Below the pieces are notes generated by a model, which saw nothing but the letters and a program-made list of their open reading frames with translations, did not search any database and was not told where the DNA came from. Shown in pieces: positions 63,513 through 64,000 of a DNA stretch of 64,000 nucleotides. The stretch lies in contig CM052816.1 of NCBI GenBank assembly GCA_028534125.1, positions 2,544,001 to 2,608,000 on the forward strand, written 5' to 3'. The DNA comes from Lama glama (lineage: Eukaryota). Position numbers and translations under genes: made by a program. The first letter of the stretch is position 1, and every line of letters starts with the position of its first letter.

Positions 63513-64000
63513 TGATTAAGCCATGAGTGCCTTGAAGGTAGAGCTACATGATTTTTATCTTTGTATAATAATACTGTGTACTGAATGCTTGCTATGTGCC
63601 AATCACTATGTTATCATGCTTATCATTTCAAACCCCAAACAATTCTGTGGGGTTATATGTTTCGTGTGGGCTCTACAGAACTCAGAGGTAAACAGTTCTC
63701 TCGAGGACACCCACTCAGTCAGTCCCAGATCTGTGAGTCCAATGAAGATCTACTTGTCTGAGCCAAAGTTCATGCTCTTAACCATCGCACACCCTATACT
63801 GCCTCTCCAGCCCTTGACATAGTTTCAGTTTCATAAAAGTTACTCAATACTTGATGTTGAATTGAAATGGAATCAGAATTTTTTAAAGACACTTGCTTAC
63901 TTTATTTGCGCCTTAAGAGATCATTTACCTACCAGGGGTACTTTCCTAACTGAACTGGGATGAATGGCCTGGAGAAAGTTGACAAGAAGGAAGAGTTTCA

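Noticed and set aside
1..64000. Host gene identity; CRISPR or other novel array systems
   Set aside because: No coding exon recognised, so no gene symbol is given; no spaced-repeat array or operon-like structure is present.

Overview
Mammalian non-coding DNA, most likely camelid: a tRNA-derived SINE with a camelid-style tail lies at 60775-60894, and there are young cetartiodactyl-type L1 3' ends. The window is three contigs joined by two fixed 500-N gaps. I can support no recognisable protein-coding exon, RNA gene, CRISPR array or prokaryotic feature; the only real protein remnants in the ORF track are L1 ORF2 C-terminal fragments. Most of the window is a patchwork of old eutherian repeats (MIR, L2, old L1M, MaLR/ERVL LTRs, hAT MERs) and repeat-poor, CpG- and motif-rich blocks that look like enhancers or alternative first exons of an unidentified large gene, possibly on the minus strand. 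Best observations: (1) two separate young L1 insertions whose 5' inversions both end at the same internal L1 site (GGAACCCTA); (2) an exact 51-bp copy of unique sequence inserted 2.84 kb downstream into an old L1; (3) a candidate cryptic exon whose acceptor comes from a microsatellite; (4) several candidate minus-strand first exons. I found no convincing new biological system. Repeat family names are from recalled consensus motifs, not a database search, and repeat boundaries are approximate.
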